Positions 18,029-28,985 are shown, numbered from the stretch's first letter. The stretch is 64,000 nucleotides of DNA from Gemmatimonadota bacterium (GCA_039588275.1 JBDHAC010000017.1:32001-96000); one strand, 5' to 3'. The notes: generated by a model not told the origin, from the letters alone. Made by a program: numbers and translations.

Positions 18029-19135
18029 TTAGACGGGCAAGTAGAAGAACACCAGCCCGAGAATCAGGTAGATGGCGAGCAACAGGACCCCTTCCATCCA
18101 GTGCGTGATTCCATCGTCCGCAATGCTGGAGATCGCGAGCACGGATAGCCCTACCGCCACCACCTCGAGCGACGTGAAGCGCAGATCCATGGGCGCTGGC
18201 CCGATCGCGTAGCTGAGGAAGACGAGCAGCGGCGCCACGAAGAGTGCGATCTGTACAGAAGAGCCGACCGCGATCTGGACGGAGAGATCCATCTTGTTCT
18301 TGAGGGCCATCAGCACCGCGGTCGAATGCTCGGCCGCGTTCCCGACGAGCGCGACCACGATCACGCCGATGAACACCTCGTTCATGCCCAACGTGTGCGC
18401 AGCGTCCTCGGCGGCGCCAACGAGGATCTCGCTCATGAGCCCGACGACCGCTGCCGCAGCGAGGAGCACGCCCAGCGCCTTTCTCGCGGACCACGTCGGG
18501 GTGTCTTCGCCCGCATGGTCTCCGCCGTCTCCGGCCTCATGGTGGTGACGCTCGCCCACGTACAGGTGTTGGTGTGTGCGAAGCGTGAACACGAGCGCCA
18601 GGACGTAGCTGGCCATCAGGACGACCGCGATCGTCAGGCTGAGAGGCTGCTCGTTGGCTAGGCTGGTGGGCGCGATCTGGTGGTACACGGCGGGGACGAC
18701 GAGGCCGATGGCGCTCAACAGCAACATGGTGGACCCGAGGCTCGCCGCGGTGCGGTTGAACTCTTGCCGCCTGTAGCGCAGGCCGCCAAGCAAGGCGCTC
18801 AGACCGAACACGAGCAGGATGTTCCCGATGATGGACCCGGTGAGCGAGGCCTTGACCAGATCGGTCAGCCCCGCGCGGAGCGCGAAGATCGCGATGATCA
18901 GCTCGGCGGCGTTGCCGAACGTGGCGTTCAGCAGGCCGCCCAGCCCCGTGCCGACCCGCACCGCCAACATCTCGGTCGATCTTCCCATCAAGCCTGCGAG
19001 CGGGATGATCGCGAGCGCCGAGCACGCGAAGATGGCGACGGCGGACGCATGCCAAACGTATTCGATGGCCAGCGTGACGGGGATAAAGACCAGCAGGATG
19101 GAGAGTGCGTTTTCTGCGCTGAGCCGCCGTGTCAC
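18029..19135 (-). CDS. cax: Ca2+/H+ antiporter (CaCA family)
   Basis: [58 protein letters not shown] start chosen downstream of tRNA-Cys. Confidence 0.92.
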   Translation of the reverse strand: MTRRLSAENALSILLVFIPVTLAIEYVWHASAVAIFACSALAIIPLAGLMGRSTEMLAVRVGTGLGGLLNATFGNAAELIIAIFALRAGLTDLVKASLTGSIIGNILLVFGLSALLGGLRYRRQEFNRTAASLGSTMLLLSAIGLVVPAVYHQIAPTSLANEQPLSLTIAVVLMASYVLALVFTLRTHQHLYVGERHHHEAGDGGDHAGEDTPTWSARKALGVLLAAAAVVGLMSEILVGAAEDAAHTLGMNEVFIGVIVVALVGNAAEHSTAVLMALKNKMDLSVQIAVGSSVQIALFVAPLLVFLSYAIGPAPMDLRFTSLEVVAVGLSVLAISSIADDGITHWMEGVLLLAIYLILGLVFFYLPV

Positions 19136-19178
19136 CGCCGCGTCTCCCGGTCCACGCACCAGAGTCCGATGGGTAAGA

Positions 19179-19249
19179 AGGCGCCGTCCGGATTCGAACC
19201 GGAGTAGGGGGCTTTGCAGGCCCCTGCCTAGCCGCTCGGCCACGGCGCC
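19179..19249 (-). tRNA. tRNA-Cys(GCA)
   Basis: GGCGCCG acceptor stem, GGGGC-CTGCAAA-GCCCC anticodon arm, TCCGG-TTCGAAT-CCGGA T arm, U discriminator typical of Cys. Confidence 0.97.
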
Positions 19250-19377
19250 ACGACGGACGAAAGCCTAATCGGTTTTCGGTCACCGGTAAAGACCGCGATC
19301 GGCCTCGCGCGGGCACATTCTACCCCCGAAGGTGACCCGGGGTCGCCGGGGCGACCCCGCCGGTCTATACTCGCCGC

Positions 19378-21327
19378 ATGCTGACCCGAATCTCTGGCCC
19401 GGACACCGGGTTACGCGGCCTCATGCCGCCGGCGCGACCGCCTGTGATGCACCCCGCATCGCGCGCTCCAGGGGCGCCGGGGGCATGGCTGGCGATCGTC
19501 GGGATGCTCGCCGTGCTCGCCTTGCCTGCCGGAGCCGCCGCCCAGTTCCGGGACGCGAGGCTGCCACCCAAAGGCGAGCTCTGGTTCGACCTTACCGGGT
19601 CGTTGCTCAACTGGGATTCGCAGTTCGCCCTGGACAGCCCGGACTCGGAGCTCGGGGACGGGGCGCGCGAGCCGCTGTTCAGGGACTTCGACGGCCCGAT
19701 CGCGGACCGCTTGTTCCCCGGTGCGACCTCACTGATCGACGGGCTCAACGCGGATGCCGATGCCCTCGGCTTCGACCCGGTCGCGCCGGAGGGCTTCTCC
19801 ATGGGCAACCTCGAGTTCGGGACGATCAACGCCCAGCGGCGGCGGCTCGAGTTCGGCTTCGAGCTCGGCTTCTTGGACCGGATAAGCCTCGAAGCTCGGG
19901 TTCCGCTGGCGTCCGCCGAAGTCGAGCCCTGGTTCGCGTTCGATTCAGCCTCCGCTACGATGCTGCCGGCGGCGAACGCGATCCCCACCGGCTTCTTCAC
20001 GGGGTTCCGAACGGCCGTGGCGGACCTGGATGGACTGATCGCGGCAGGTACGCTGTCGCCCGGCGATATGGCGATCGCCGTCGGGCTACGTGACGGAGCG
20101 ACGGTGTTCGTCGATGCGCTCGAGCGCCGGGTCATGGAGCTGCTGCTCATCCCGACGGGCCTCAGCCCCGCGGGGATGCAAATGATCTCGCACGTGGACT
20201 CGCTCGTTGCAGGGTTCGGGCTCTTCGATGTCACCCTGCCGGCGCTGCCACTTCCCGAAGTGGCAGCCGCCGCGGACATGACACGCCTGTTCACCGACCC
20301 GCCCCTGTCGGGAATGGTGCCGGGGCCCAGCGATCGAGCCTGGGCGTTGGGAGAGATCGAGCTCGGGGCTCGTTTCGGCATCCTGGACCAGATCACGCAC
20401 ACGCTCACCCTGGAGGCTCCGAGCCCGGCGGCAGAACCGCCCGTAGAGACACCCACCGAACCGCCCCTAGAGACACCCACCGAACCGCCCGCTCAGGACC
20501 CAGCCGCCGAGGCCGGCGAGCCGGAGCAGCCGGGGGAGGAGCCGGCGCCGGAGCCGGCGCAGGAACCGGTCATCGATACATCGCCCGCGAGCGATGTCAG
20601 CTTCCTCCGACTTCGCACGACCGTCGGGGCAAAGGTCCGCCTGCCGGCCGGATCTCCGAACGCGCTCCCGTACGAGAACCCGTCCGACTTCATCGGGATT
20701 CCGATCGGCGACGGTCAGATGGATGTCGAGGTCGCCCTCTACCAGGACATCGCCTTCGGCAAGCGGCTCCTGTTCAGCGTCGCCGCACAGTACGGTCTGC
20801 AGCTCGCGGATGAGCTCACGCTGCGGATCCGCCCGCCGGATCGTCCGTTCACGTTCGAGGGCACCCAAGCGTTGGTTCAGCGGGACCTGGGCGATTACGT
20901 GCAGGTGCGTCTGGCGCCGCGGTTCCAGCTCTCGGGTGGGATGTGGCTCGGGTTCGAGTACGGGGTGTGGCACAAAGGGGTCGACCGGTACGAGTTCGGG
21001 CCGACGCTCCCGGGGATCGAGGACGCCACTTCCCTCGAGATCGAATCCGAGCAGCGGCGCAACCGGTGGGGGATCACGTTCCTGTTCGAGCCGGGCCAGG
21101 GCGCCCGGCGCCCTGAGACGCCCCCTCGCCGCGAGTCCGCGGGCGATGCAGTCGCCGAAGGCGGTCCGGAGACGGCGGGACGGGAGGCAGTCCAGCGCCC
21201 TCAGCGCCGAACCAGTGGTTGGCGGTTCGCGATCACCCTGCAGCGCGCGGCATCGGGGTCGGGGGGACAGACTCCGGCCTCCTCGCTCGTGGCGGTGACC
21301 GTGCGAGCGCCGATCCGGATCTTCTAG
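19378..21327 (+). CDS. Hypothetical secreted/outer-membrane protein with a P/E-rich linker
   Basis: Signal-like segment ending AGAAAQ; alternating beta-strand patterns; terminal Phe; start uncertain (19423 or 19447 possible). Confidence 0.65.
   Translation: MLTRISGPDTGLRGLMPPARPPVMHPASRAPGAPGAWLAIVGMLAVLALPAGAAAQFRDARLPPKGELWFDLTGSLLNWDSQFALDSPDSELGDGAREPLFRDFDGPIADRLFPGATSLIDGLNADADALGFDPVAPEGFSMGNLEFGTINAQRRRLEFGFELGFLDRISLEARVPLASAEVEPWFAFDSASATMLPAANAIPTGFFTGFRTAVADLDGLIAAGTLSPGDMAIAVGLRDGATVFVDALERRVMELLLIPTGLSPAGMQMISHVDSLVAGFGLFDVTLPALPLPEVAAAADMTRLFTDPPLSGMVPGPSDRAWALGEIELGARFGILDQITHTLTLEAPSPAAEPPVETPTEPPLETPTEPPAQDPAAEAGEPEQPGEEPAPEPAQEPVIDTSPASDVSFLRLRTTVGAKVRLPAGSPNALPYENPSDFIGIPIGDGQMDVEVALYQDIAFGKRLLFSVAAQYGLQLADELTLRIRPPDRPFTFEGTQALVQRDLGDYVQVRLAPRFQLSGGMWLGFEYGVWHKGVDRYEFGPTLPGIEDATSLEIESEQRRNRWGITFLFEPGQGARRPETPPRRESAGDAVAEGGPETAGREAVQRPQRRTSGWRFAITLQRAASGSGGQTPASSLVAVTVRAPIRIF
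20434..20490 (+). repeat. In-frame 24-bp tandem repeat (EPPVETPT-EPPLETPT-EPP)
   Basis: gaaccgccc(g/c)tagagacacccacc, two full copies plus a partial third. Confidence 0.85.
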
Positions 21328-21399
21328 ACGGTACTCCTTCGCGCGGCGCCCACCTCCCGGTGCAAGGTACGCTCGCCCTCACATCGACCGGCGAGCGGC

Positions 21400-23067
21400 T
21401 CAGGCGCTCGCTACCCCCAGGAGCTCCTCCGCGTGCGTGCGTGAAGCCTCGCTCTCGGGATCCCCACCCAACATGCGAGCCAGCTCCCGCACCCGGTCGC
21501 CGCCCTCGAGGGCCTGGACCCGAGTCCGCGGGCGCTCCCCCTCCGTGAGCTTGTCGACGGAGAGGTGAGCCGTGGCGCGCGCCGCGATCTGCGCCAGATG
21601 CGTCACGACGAGGACCTGGTGGGAGCCCGCGACCCCTGCCAACCGTTCCGCGACCCGATGGGCGACTTCGCCCCCGATGCCCACATCCACCTCATCGAAG
21701 ATGAGGATCGGCACCTCGTCCACCTCCACCAGCGCCGTCTTCAGCGCGAGCATGAGGCGGCTCATCTCTCCCCCGGACGCGACCCGGGCGAGAGGAGCCG
21801 GCTCGAACCCCGGATTCAGGGAAACCCGGAACTCGACCCGTTCCCTGCCCCCGGGCGTCACCTCATCCTGAGGCTCCAGGCAGACGACGAATCGACCTCC
21901 CGCCAGCCCGAGCTCGGGGAGCGACCGGCCGACCATGTCCTCGAGCCGTCGTGCGGCGCTTGCCCGCGCTTCGCTCAGGCTTCGCGACCTGGCATCCAGT
22001 CGGATCGCGCACGCCGAGCGCTCCGCTTCGAGCCGCTCGATCTCATCGTCGGACCCTTCGATCGAGGCGAGCTCGGCACGCGCTGCGGCGCCCGCCGCGA
22101 TGACCTCCGCCAGAGTGTCGCCGTACTTACGCTTCAGCCGATACAACGCATCGATGCGCTCGCGTACCTGGCTGAGCCGGGTCGGATCGTGCTCGACGCC
22201 CGTTCGGTATTCGCCAACCCGGCGACCGAGCTCCTCGAGGGCCCTGAGCGCCGTCTCGTGCAACTCCTCGAACGCTGCTCCCTCGGAATCGATGCGAGTC
22301 ACCTCGGTGAGACTGCCCGCGAGCTCCCCGAGGCGATCCACCACGGACCCCTCTCCTTCGTAGATCCCCTCGTACAGCTTCCCCGTCAGGGCGAGCAATT
22401 CCTCGGAGTGCGTGAGGCGTCTCGCCTCTCGCTCGAGCTGGTCTTCCTCGTCAGGATCGAGGGCGGCTGTCTCGATTTCCTCCGCCTTGAAACGCAGGTA
22501 GTCGACCCGCTCTCGACCTTCCGACGCCCTCTTTCGCGCTTCGGCGATGCGCTCATCGAGAGCTCGTAGCTCACCGTGCGCCCTAACCACGTCGGCCGCG
22601 AGCTCGGTGACACCTCCGAAGGCGTCGAGGATCTTCCGCTGCTCGGGTCGGTGCAGCAGATGTTGGTGTTCGTGCTGCCCGTGCAGGTCGAGGAGGCGGT
22701 CACCCAACTCCCGCACGAGCGACATCGTGGCGGGCGAGGAGTTGATCCACGCGCGGTGGCGACCCTCCCGCCGGAGCTCACGCTTCAGGACGAGCCAGCC
22801 ATCTTCCGCCTCCAGACCGGCCCTCTCGCAGCGCTCGACGATATCGGAGCGCGCTTCGATCTCGAACCGGCCCTCGATGCGTGCTCGCTCGGCTCCGGCG
22901 CGGATGTAATCGGCGGACGCACGTTCCCCCACGAGGAGCGATAGCGCCTCCACGAGTATCGACTTTCCAGTCCCGGTTTCTCCGCTTAGTACCGTGAGGC
23001 CCGGTCCGAACTCGACGGAGAGCTCGTCGATGACGGCAAAATCGCGGATACGGAGCTCGCGCAGCAT
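21400..23067 (-). CDS. recN: DNA repair protein RecN
   Basis: GETGTGKS Walker A, LHGQHEHQ, ASGGEMSRLMLALK, LIFDEVDVG, VTHLAQIAA. Confidence 0.96.
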   Translation of the reverse strand: MLRELRIRDFAVIDELSVEFGPGLTVLSGETGTGKSILVEALSLLVGERASADYIRAGAERARIEGRFEIEARSDIVERCERAGLEAEDGWLVLKRELRREGRHRAWINSSPATMSLVRELGDRLLDLHGQHEHQHLLHRPEQRKILDAFGGVTELAADVVRAHGELRALDERIAEARKRASEGRERVDYLRFKAEEIETAALDPDEEDQLEREARRLTHSEELLALTGKLYEGIYEGEGSVVDRLGELAGSLTEVTRIDSEGAAFEELHETALRALEELGRRVGEYRTGVEHDPTRLSQVRERIDALYRLKRKYGDTLAEVIAAGAAARAELASIEGSDDEIERLEAERSACAIRLDARSRSLSEARASAARRLEDMVGRSLPELGLAGGRFVVCLEPQDEVTPGGRERVEFRVSLNPGFEPAPLARVASGGEMSRLMLALKTALVEVDEVPILIFDEVDVGIGGEVAHRVAERLAGVAGSHQVLVVTHLAQIAARATAHLSVDKLTEGERPRTRVQALEGGDRVRELARMLGGDPESEASRTHAEELLGVASA

Positions 23068-23094
23068 CAGGTCGAGGATGTCCGGGCCGGCGTG

Positions 23095-23970
23095 CTAGAC
23101 GTCGCTGGGGCGCACGTCACCCCACCGCAGCTTGCGACGCAGCACCGAGAAGAAGCTGTACCCCGGGAGCCGAAAGAGTCGGACGGGGTGCTCGGAGCGG
23201 ACGACCTCCACGCGGTCTCGGGCGCTCAGCTCGGTTCCGGGCTGCCCGTCGACGGTCAGGGCCAGGTCGTCGTGGCCCCCGAGGATTTCGACTGTGACCT
23301 TCGTCGTAGCCGGTAGCACCACGGGTCGAACAGCGAGCGTGTGGGGCGAGATGGGAGTGGCGATGAGCCCGTCCATCGTGGGGACCAGGATCGGCCCGCC
23401 TGCCGAGAGACTGTAGGCGGTGGAGCCTGTGGCGGTCGCCACGATGATGCCGTCCGCGCTGTACTGACCGATCGGCTCATCATCGGCCCACAGGCGTAGC
23501 GTGATGAGGCGCGCCGTCCCACTCTTGTGTACCACGGCATCGTTGACCGAATAGAAGGCGCGCATCGGATCCGGCGGACCGTCGTCGTCCTTCTGCCGGA
23601 CAGTCACCTGTAGCGCGAGGCGCTGTTCCTCGTCGCAGTCGCCGGATGCGATCACGCGGAGCGCTTCCTCCAACTCGTCCCGCGCCACCACGGTCAGAAA
23701 CCCGAGCCGACCCAGGTTGCACCCGAGGACCCGGAGGTTGCGAGGTCCGGCGATCCGCGCACCGCGCAGAAAGGTCCCATCGCCCCCGAGTGTCAGGATC
23801 CAATCGAGCTCGTCGAGTGACTCCTCGAGCGAGCCTCGGCCCGGAAGCGAATCAGCTCGGTCTTGCTCCAGGTGGAACTCCATACCGAGCGGCCGGGCCA
23901 CTTCGACGAGCCGCTCGAGGAGCGACTCCATCCCCTGGTAGTGCGGGTTTGTGACGACGCCTACATGCAT
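23095..23970 (-). CDS. nadK: NAD kinase
   Basis: LGGDGTFL, NLGRLGFL, ND, ADGIIVATATGSTAYSLSAGGP. Confidence 0.95.
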   Translation of the reverse strand: MHVGVVTNPHYQGMESLLERLVEVARPLGMEFHLEQDRADSLPGRGSLEESLDELDWILTLGGDGTFLRGARIAGPRNLRVLGCNLGRLGFLTVVARDELEEALRVIASGDCDEEQRLALQVTVRQKDDDGPPDPMRAFYSVNDAVVHKSGTARLITLRLWADDEPIGQYSADGIIVATATGSTAYSLSAGGPILVPTMDGLIATPISPHTLAVRPVVLPATTKVTVEILGGHDDLALTVDGQPGTELSARDRVEVVRSEHPVRLFRLPGYSFFSVLRRKLRWGDVRPSDV

Positions 23971-23975
23971 GCGGC

Positions 23976-24914
23976 TCAGCTCTTTCGCTCGACGACGAGG
24001 TGCACCATAGCACGCAGTTGGCCTGCTCCCTCGAGCCCCACCAGCTCGGTGCGGGCCCGGGCTGCCAGCTCTCGCCCCAGGCGCGTCGCCTCCCGAACGC
24101 CCACAATCGATGGCACGGTGGCCTTCCCGAGGGCCGCGTCTCTCCCTCCGGCCTTCCCCATCTCTCGGGACGAGCCGGTGACGTCCAGGATGTCATCTAC
24201 GACCTGGAACGCCAAGCCCAGGTTCCGGCCGAAACGCTCGAGTCGCTGCTCCGTCTCGGTCGGGGCGTTCGCTGCAACCGCCCCCATCACACAGGCGGCA
24301 GCGATCAGCCGGGCGGTCTTTCCCAGGTGAATCTTCTCCAGCTCCTCCGGGGTCACGGCCCGTCCCTCGGCGTCCAGATCCCGGAGCTGGCCTCCGACCA
24401 TCCCGGACCCGCCCGCGGCGACGGTCAAGGCGCGAATCAGGCGGGCTACTCGATCCGGTTCCAGTCGCAGCCGAGCGCCCGCGACCGCGATCGCCCGAAT
24501 GGCGAGCGGCATGAGCGCGGCCCCGGCCAGCGTCGCCGTCTCAACCCCGAATTCCACATGTAGGGTAGGCCGGCCGCGGCGAAGCAGGTCATCATCCATG
24601 CACGGCAGGTCATCGTGGATAAGGGAGTAGGCGTGGACCAACTCGACACTGCACGCCAGCAATTCGACGCCCGACCGCGGCACCCCCGCCGTGCGCGCCT
24701 CACCCCCGGCCGCGCGATAAGACGCTACGAGGAGCAGCGGCCGGATACGCTTGCCCGGCGCGAGTACGGCGTGGCGTAAGGCCGCGGATACGGGCGGTGC
24801 GGCCTCCCGCAGCTCTCCATCGAGGAAGGCGGCCAGCTCGGTGTCGACCGCCTCCCGTACGCTCGCGAGATCCGCGTCGTGGAGCCGGGTCTCAGGACCG
24901 GTCCCCGTCGCCAT
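23976..24914 (-). CDS. ispA: Farnesyl/geranylgeranyl diphosphate synthase
   Basis: GKRIRP, HAYSLIHDDLPCMDDDLLRRGRPT, GQLRD, GKTA, FQVVDDILD. Confidence 0.92.
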   Translation of the reverse strand: MATGTGPETRLHDADLASVREAVDTELAAFLDGELREAAPPVSAALRHAVLAPGKRIRPLLLVASYRAAGGEARTAGVPRSGVELLACSVELVHAYSLIHDDLPCMDDDLLRRGRPTLHVEFGVETATLAGAALMPLAIRAIAVAGARLRLEPDRVARLIRALTVAAGGSGMVGGQLRDLDAEGRAVTPEELEKIHLGKTARLIAAACVMGAVAANAPTETEQRLERFGRNLGLAFQVVDDILDVTGSSREMGKAGGRDAALGKATVPSIVGVREATRLGRELAARARTELVGLEGAGQLRAMVHLVVERKS

Positions 24915-25164
24915 CGGATTCGTCCTCGGGTTCGGGTGGACTGAACTCGACCTCGCTCAGCTCGCCCGTCGATTGGGTGATCAGCTCTTCGACCTTGCCG
25001 CGCGTTTCCTCCAACAAAAGGTTCGCCGCCCGAACATGCAGGATCCCCTCCTCGAAGAGCGCCATGGCCTCGTCCAGTCCGAGCTCATCCGAGTCGAGTG
25101 CCGCCACGATGCGCTCGAGCTCTGCCAGCGCCTTCTCGAAGTCGTCCATAGGCTCGGGCATCAT
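24892..25164 (-). CDS. xseB: Exodeoxyribonuclease VII small subunit
   Basis: FEKALAELERIVAALDSDELGLDEAMALFEEG; lies between xseA and ispA. Confidence 0.93.
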   Translation of the reverse strand: MMPEPMDDFEKALAELERIVAALDSDELGLDEAMALFEEGILHVRAANLLLEETRGKVEELITQSTGELSEVEFSPPEPEDESDGDGDRS

Positions 25165-26429
25165 TCACTCCCGTGTGGCTCGACTCGATCGGAGCGGCAA
25201 TGGACCGTTCCATCGCTCACGCGGAGCCGAAACTCTCCTCCCTCCTCGAACATGCCGGTGGTGCGCAGCACGCGCCCATCGGGTGCGAGCGGTACCGCGT
25301 ATCCACGACGAAGCGTGTGCAACGGGCTGAGCGCATCGAGACGCTCCGCGAGCCGCAGCCACCGCGCGCCGTCACGCTCCAGTCGATACCGCATGTAGGC
25401 GCGAAGTCGTTCCTCGAGCCGCGCGGCGCGCCTGGCACCATCACGTCCGCGGCGGCGTAGCCCCGTCACCATTCCGGCGGAAAAGCGCCGGACTCGGGTC
25501 CGCAGGGCCTCCCGATCTGGCACCGCCATCTCCGCCGCAGCGGAGGGAGTGGGGGCGCGGACATCGGCGACGAGATCGACGATCGTCACATCCACCTCGT
25601 GCCCGACCGCTGCGATGACCGGAACCGGACACGCCGCCACCGCGCGCGCCACGGTCTCTTCGTTGAAACACCAGAGGTCTTCGACCGACCCACCACCCCG
25701 CGTGAGGATGATCAGGTCGAGGCCCGGGTACCTCCCGAGCGTTTCCAGAGCGCTTCGGATCTCGACGCCCGCGCCCTCTCCCTGTACCCGACAGTCTCGC
25801 ACCAGCACGCCGGTCCACGGAGCGCGACGCCGTACGACGGTGAGGATGTCCCGCAGCGCCGCGCCGCCACGCGACGTGACGACCCCGATCCGACGTGGGA
25901 CCATGGGCAGCGGTCGCTTTCTGGCGGGGTCGAGCAGGCCCTCGTCCTGGAGCAGGCGCCGAAGACGCTCGAACGCCAGGCGCCATAAGCCTTCCCCTCT
26001 CGCCTGGAGGTTCCGCACGATGAGCTGGTAGCGGCCTCGCTGTGGGTACAACGAAACCTGCCCGAACGCGCAGATCTCCATTCCCTCCTCGGGATCGGTG
26101 GGAAGGCGCCACGCATCACCCTGGAACAGCACGCATTGAATCTGCGCCCGGTCGTCTCGCAGGCTGAAGTACCGGTGCCCGGACGCCGCGACACGCCAGT
26201 TCGTGACCTCCCCGAGGATCCAAAGCGGTTGGAAGGTACCCTCCAGGACGTCCCGTGCCGCATCGTTGAGCGCGGAGACCGGGAGTGGTCGTTCCGGGGA
26301 GCTTCCGAGCGGCAGTCGCTCGAGGTCATCCGCCACGCGGCCGTCGCCCTGCTCGACGGACTCGAGGGTCGCGTCGGCGCGCTCGGGGGCGCGCCCGTCG
26401 AACAGCGAGAACTGTCGTCTTTGGCTCAT
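25161..26429 (-). CDS. xseA: Exodeoxyribonuclease VII large subunit
   Basis: SGHRYFSLRD, RGGGSVEDLWCFNEE, AVGHEVD, RAPTPSAAAE, LSPLHTLRRGYA; ATG 26429 overlaps the folD stop. Confidence 0.95.
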   Translation of the reverse strand: MSQRRQFSLFDGRAPERADATLESVEQGDGRVADDLERLPLGSSPERPLPVSALNDAARDVLEGTFQPLWILGEVTNWRVAASGHRYFSLRDDRAQIQCVLFQGDAWRLPTDPEEGMEICAFGQVSLYPQRGRYQLIVRNLQARGEGLWRLAFERLRRLLQDEGLLDPARKRPLPMVPRRIGVVTSRGGAALRDILTVVRRRAPWTGVLVRDCRVQGEGAGVEIRSALETLGRYPGLDLIILTRGGGSVEDLWCFNEETVARAVAACPVPVIAAVGHEVDVTIVDLVADVRAPTPSAAAEMAVPDREALRTRVRRFSAGMVTGLRRRGRDGARRAARLEERLRAYMRYRLERDGARWLRLAERLDALSPLHTLRRGYAVPLAPDGRVLRTTGMFEEGGEFRLRVSDGTVHCRSDRVEPHGSE

Positions 26430-27340
26430 CCGGTCGCCACCGGCCCGCCCGCGTGAATCTCGAGCTGGCGGGCGGCGGCCGCGACCGTGTTGCGCAGGAG
26501 CATGGCGATCGTCATCGGACCCACACCTCCCGGGACCGGAGTAATCCACGCGGCGCGCTCGGCCGCTTCCTCGAAGGCGACATCGCCGACGAGGCGGTAA
26601 CCCTTCTCCTTCGAGTCGTCCGGAACGCGGTTGACGCCCACGTCGATCACGACCGCACCTTCGCGCACCATGTCACCCGTCACCATCTCGGGGCGGCCTA
26701 CCGCGACGATGAGGATCTCCCCTTGCCGCGTAACCTCCCCCAGGTCATGCGTACGGCTGTGCGCCACGGTGACGGTGGCGTTGGCCCACGGTTCTTTCTG
26801 CAACAGGATCGCGGCCATCGGCATGCCGACAATGTTGGACCGCCCGACGATGACCGCGTGGCGGCCGGTCGGGTCGACGCCGGTGTGCTTGATGAGCTGT
26901 TGGATCCCCGCAGGTGTCGCCGGCCTGAAGGCGAGGGGATCGCCGCTCGCGACTCGCCCCACGTTCGTTGGATGGAAGCCGTCGACGTCCTTCGAGGGGA
27001 GCACTCGCTCCATCACCTCGGTCTCGTCCAGGTGATCCGGTAGCGGGAGCTGGACCAGAATCCCGTGTATCCCCGGGTCCTCGTTCAGCCCGTCGACGAT
27101 GGCGAGCAGCTCTTCGCGCGAGATGTCAGCCGGGGGCTTGATATCCCGAGCCATGATGCCGGCCTCCTCACAGGCGCGGGTCTTCATCCGAACGTACACC
27201 TGCGACGCCGGGTCCTCGCCGACGAGGACGACGCCCAAGCCCGGCTGCACCCCCTGCTCCGCGAGCCCCGCGGCACGTTCCGCGACCTCGGCTCGAATGT
27301 CGGCCGCGATCGCCCGACCATCGATCAGCTTCGCTCCCAT
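26426..27340 (-). CDS. folD: Methylenetetrahydrofolate dehydrogenase/cyclohydrolase
   Basis: YVRMK, GILVQLPLP, KDVDGFHP, GRSNIVG, ITPVPGGVGPMT. Confidence 0.97.
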   Translation of the reverse strand: MGAKLIDGRAIAADIRAEVAERAAGLAEQGVQPGLGVVLVGEDPASQVYVRMKTRACEEAGIMARDIKPPADISREELLAIVDGLNEDPGIHGILVQLPLPDHLDETEVMERVLPSKDVDGFHPTNVGRVASGDPLAFRPATPAGIQQLIKHTGVDPTGRHAVIVGRSNIVGMPMAAILLQKEPWANATVTVAHSRTHDLGEVTRQGEILIVAVGRPEMVTGDMVREGAVVIDVGVNRVPDDSKEKGYRLVGDVAFEEAAERAAWITPVPGGVGPMTIAMLLRNTVAAAARQLEIHAGGPVATG

Positions 27341-27371
27341 GATATGTCCTCCAAGAGGCGGCTCCGCTCGG

Positions 27372-28922
27372 TCAGCGAGCGAAGTCGACCGTGCGTGTTT
27401 CGCGAACGACGACGACCTTGATCTGCCCCGGATATTGGAGCTCGTTCTCGATCCTTCGTGCGGTCTTCTCGCTCAGCTGCTCCATCTCTTCATCGGTAAT
27501 CTTGTCCGGCGTGACCATGATGCGGATCTCTCGCCCAGCCTGAATCGCGTACACCTTCTCCACGCCCTCATATGAGCTGGCGATCTCCTCGAGCTTTTGC
27601 AGCCGCTTCACGTAGTGCTCGAACGACTCGCGGCGTGCACCGGGGCGTGCGCCGGAGATGGCATCGGCCGCGGTCACGAGGAACGTCTCGGGGAAGCGCG
27701 CAGGCTCGTCTCCGTGGTGCGCTCGGATCGCGTTCAGCACCGCTTCGCTTTCCTCGCAGCGCTTGCAGAGCTCGTATCCGATCTCGACGTGGCTGCCTTC
27801 CTGTTCGTGGGTGAGCCCCTTCCCGATGTCGTGCAGCAAGCCCATCCGCTTCACGAGCGCCGTGTCCAACCCGAGCTCGGTTGCCATGTTCGCGGCGATC
27901 AGCGCTACCTCTCGCGCGTGCATGAGCTGATTCTGTCCGTAGCTGGTGCGGAACCTCAGATGGCCGAGCACCTCGACCAGGTTCCGGTGCAGGTCATGGA
28001 TCCCCAGCTCGTACAGGACCTCCTCGGCCGCCTCCTGCATCGATTTCTTGACGTCTTCCTGGGCTTTTTCGACCACCTCCTCGATGCGGCCCGGGTGAAT
28101 CCGACCGTCGGCGACCAGACGCTCCATCCCGATCCGCGCGACCTCGCGCCGGACGGGATCGAAGCTCGACAGGATCACGGCTTCCGGGGTGTCATCGACC
28201 ACGACGTCGACGCCGGTGGCCGCTTCGAAGGATCGGATGTTCCGGCCTTCGCGCCCGATGATCCGACCTTTCATGTCATCGCTCGGCAGGGCGACGACGG
28301 ACACGGTGGCCTCGGAGGAGTGATCCACGGCCAGCTTCTGGATCGCCATGGAGATGACTTTTTTTGCCTCGCGCTCGGCCTCGCGCCGCGCTCGCTCACG
28401 CATCTCGCGTACGTGCTGGGCGGCCTCGGCGCGGGCTTCGTCCTCGATCTGACTGATCAGTTGCCGGCGGGCTTCTTCGCGGCTCAATCCCGACAGGGCT
28501 TCCAGCTTTTGCCGCAGCTCTCGAGCTCGATCCGCGAGCGCCGCGGCCTGCTTCTCCGCTTCCTCTTTCTCACGCTCCAGCCCGTCCCGACGCTCATCGA
28601 GTCGGACCTGGCGGCTATCCAGCATCTCGAGCTTCCGATCGAGCAGTTCCTCGCGCTCGACTGCGCGCTTCTCCAGGCGCTCTGCCTCGGCCCGACGGCG
28701 CTCGGCCTCACGAGTCCACTCCTCACGGAGCTTCTGTGCCTCCTCACGTCCGGCGAGCTCGGCCGAGCGTCGAATTCCGTCAGCGTCCCGCTGCGCGGCG
28801 TCCAGGATCGCCTGGGCATCCTGCTCGACCTTCCCGCGATGCCGTCGAATCGCGACCCGCGCGGCGAACGCACCGACAACAGCGGCTGCGATCGCGACGA
28901 GCGCGACGGTCTCAACGTTCAT
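27372..28922 (-). CDS. rny: Ribonuclease Y
   Basis: N-terminal TM and coiled coil, KGRIIGREGRNIR KH domain, RTSYGQN, LLHDIGK HD motif, ADAISGARPGAR. Confidence 0.97.
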   Translation of the reverse strand: MNVETVALVAIAAAVVGAFAARVAIRRHRGKVEQDAQAILDAAQRDADGIRRSAELAGREEAQKLREEWTREAERRRAEAERLEKRAVEREELLDRKLEMLDSRQVRLDERRDGLEREKEEAEKQAAALADRARELRQKLEALSGLSREEARRQLISQIEDEARAEAAQHVREMRERARREAEREAKKVISMAIQKLAVDHSSEATVSVVALPSDDMKGRIIGREGRNIRSFEAATGVDVVVDDTPEAVILSSFDPVRREVARIGMERLVADGRIHPGRIEEVVEKAQEDVKKSMQEAAEEVLYELGIHDLHRNLVEVLGHLRFRTSYGQNQLMHAREVALIAANMATELGLDTALVKRMGLLHDIGKGLTHEQEGSHVEIGYELCKRCEESEAVLNAIRAHHGDEPARFPETFLVTAADAISGARPGARRESFEHYVKRLQKLEEIASSYEGVEKVYAIQAGREIRIMVTPDKITDEEMEQLSEKTARRIENELQYPGQIKVVVVRETRTVDFAR

Positions 28923-28985
28923 CTCGGCACCTCAACGATCTATCAAGCGATGGGTGATCCGAACCTCGTCACACCCCAAAACAAG

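Noticed and set aside
18029..19243. Long N-terminal extension of cax in the ORF track
   Set aside because: It reads through tRNA-Cys; the start is more plausibly GTG 19135.
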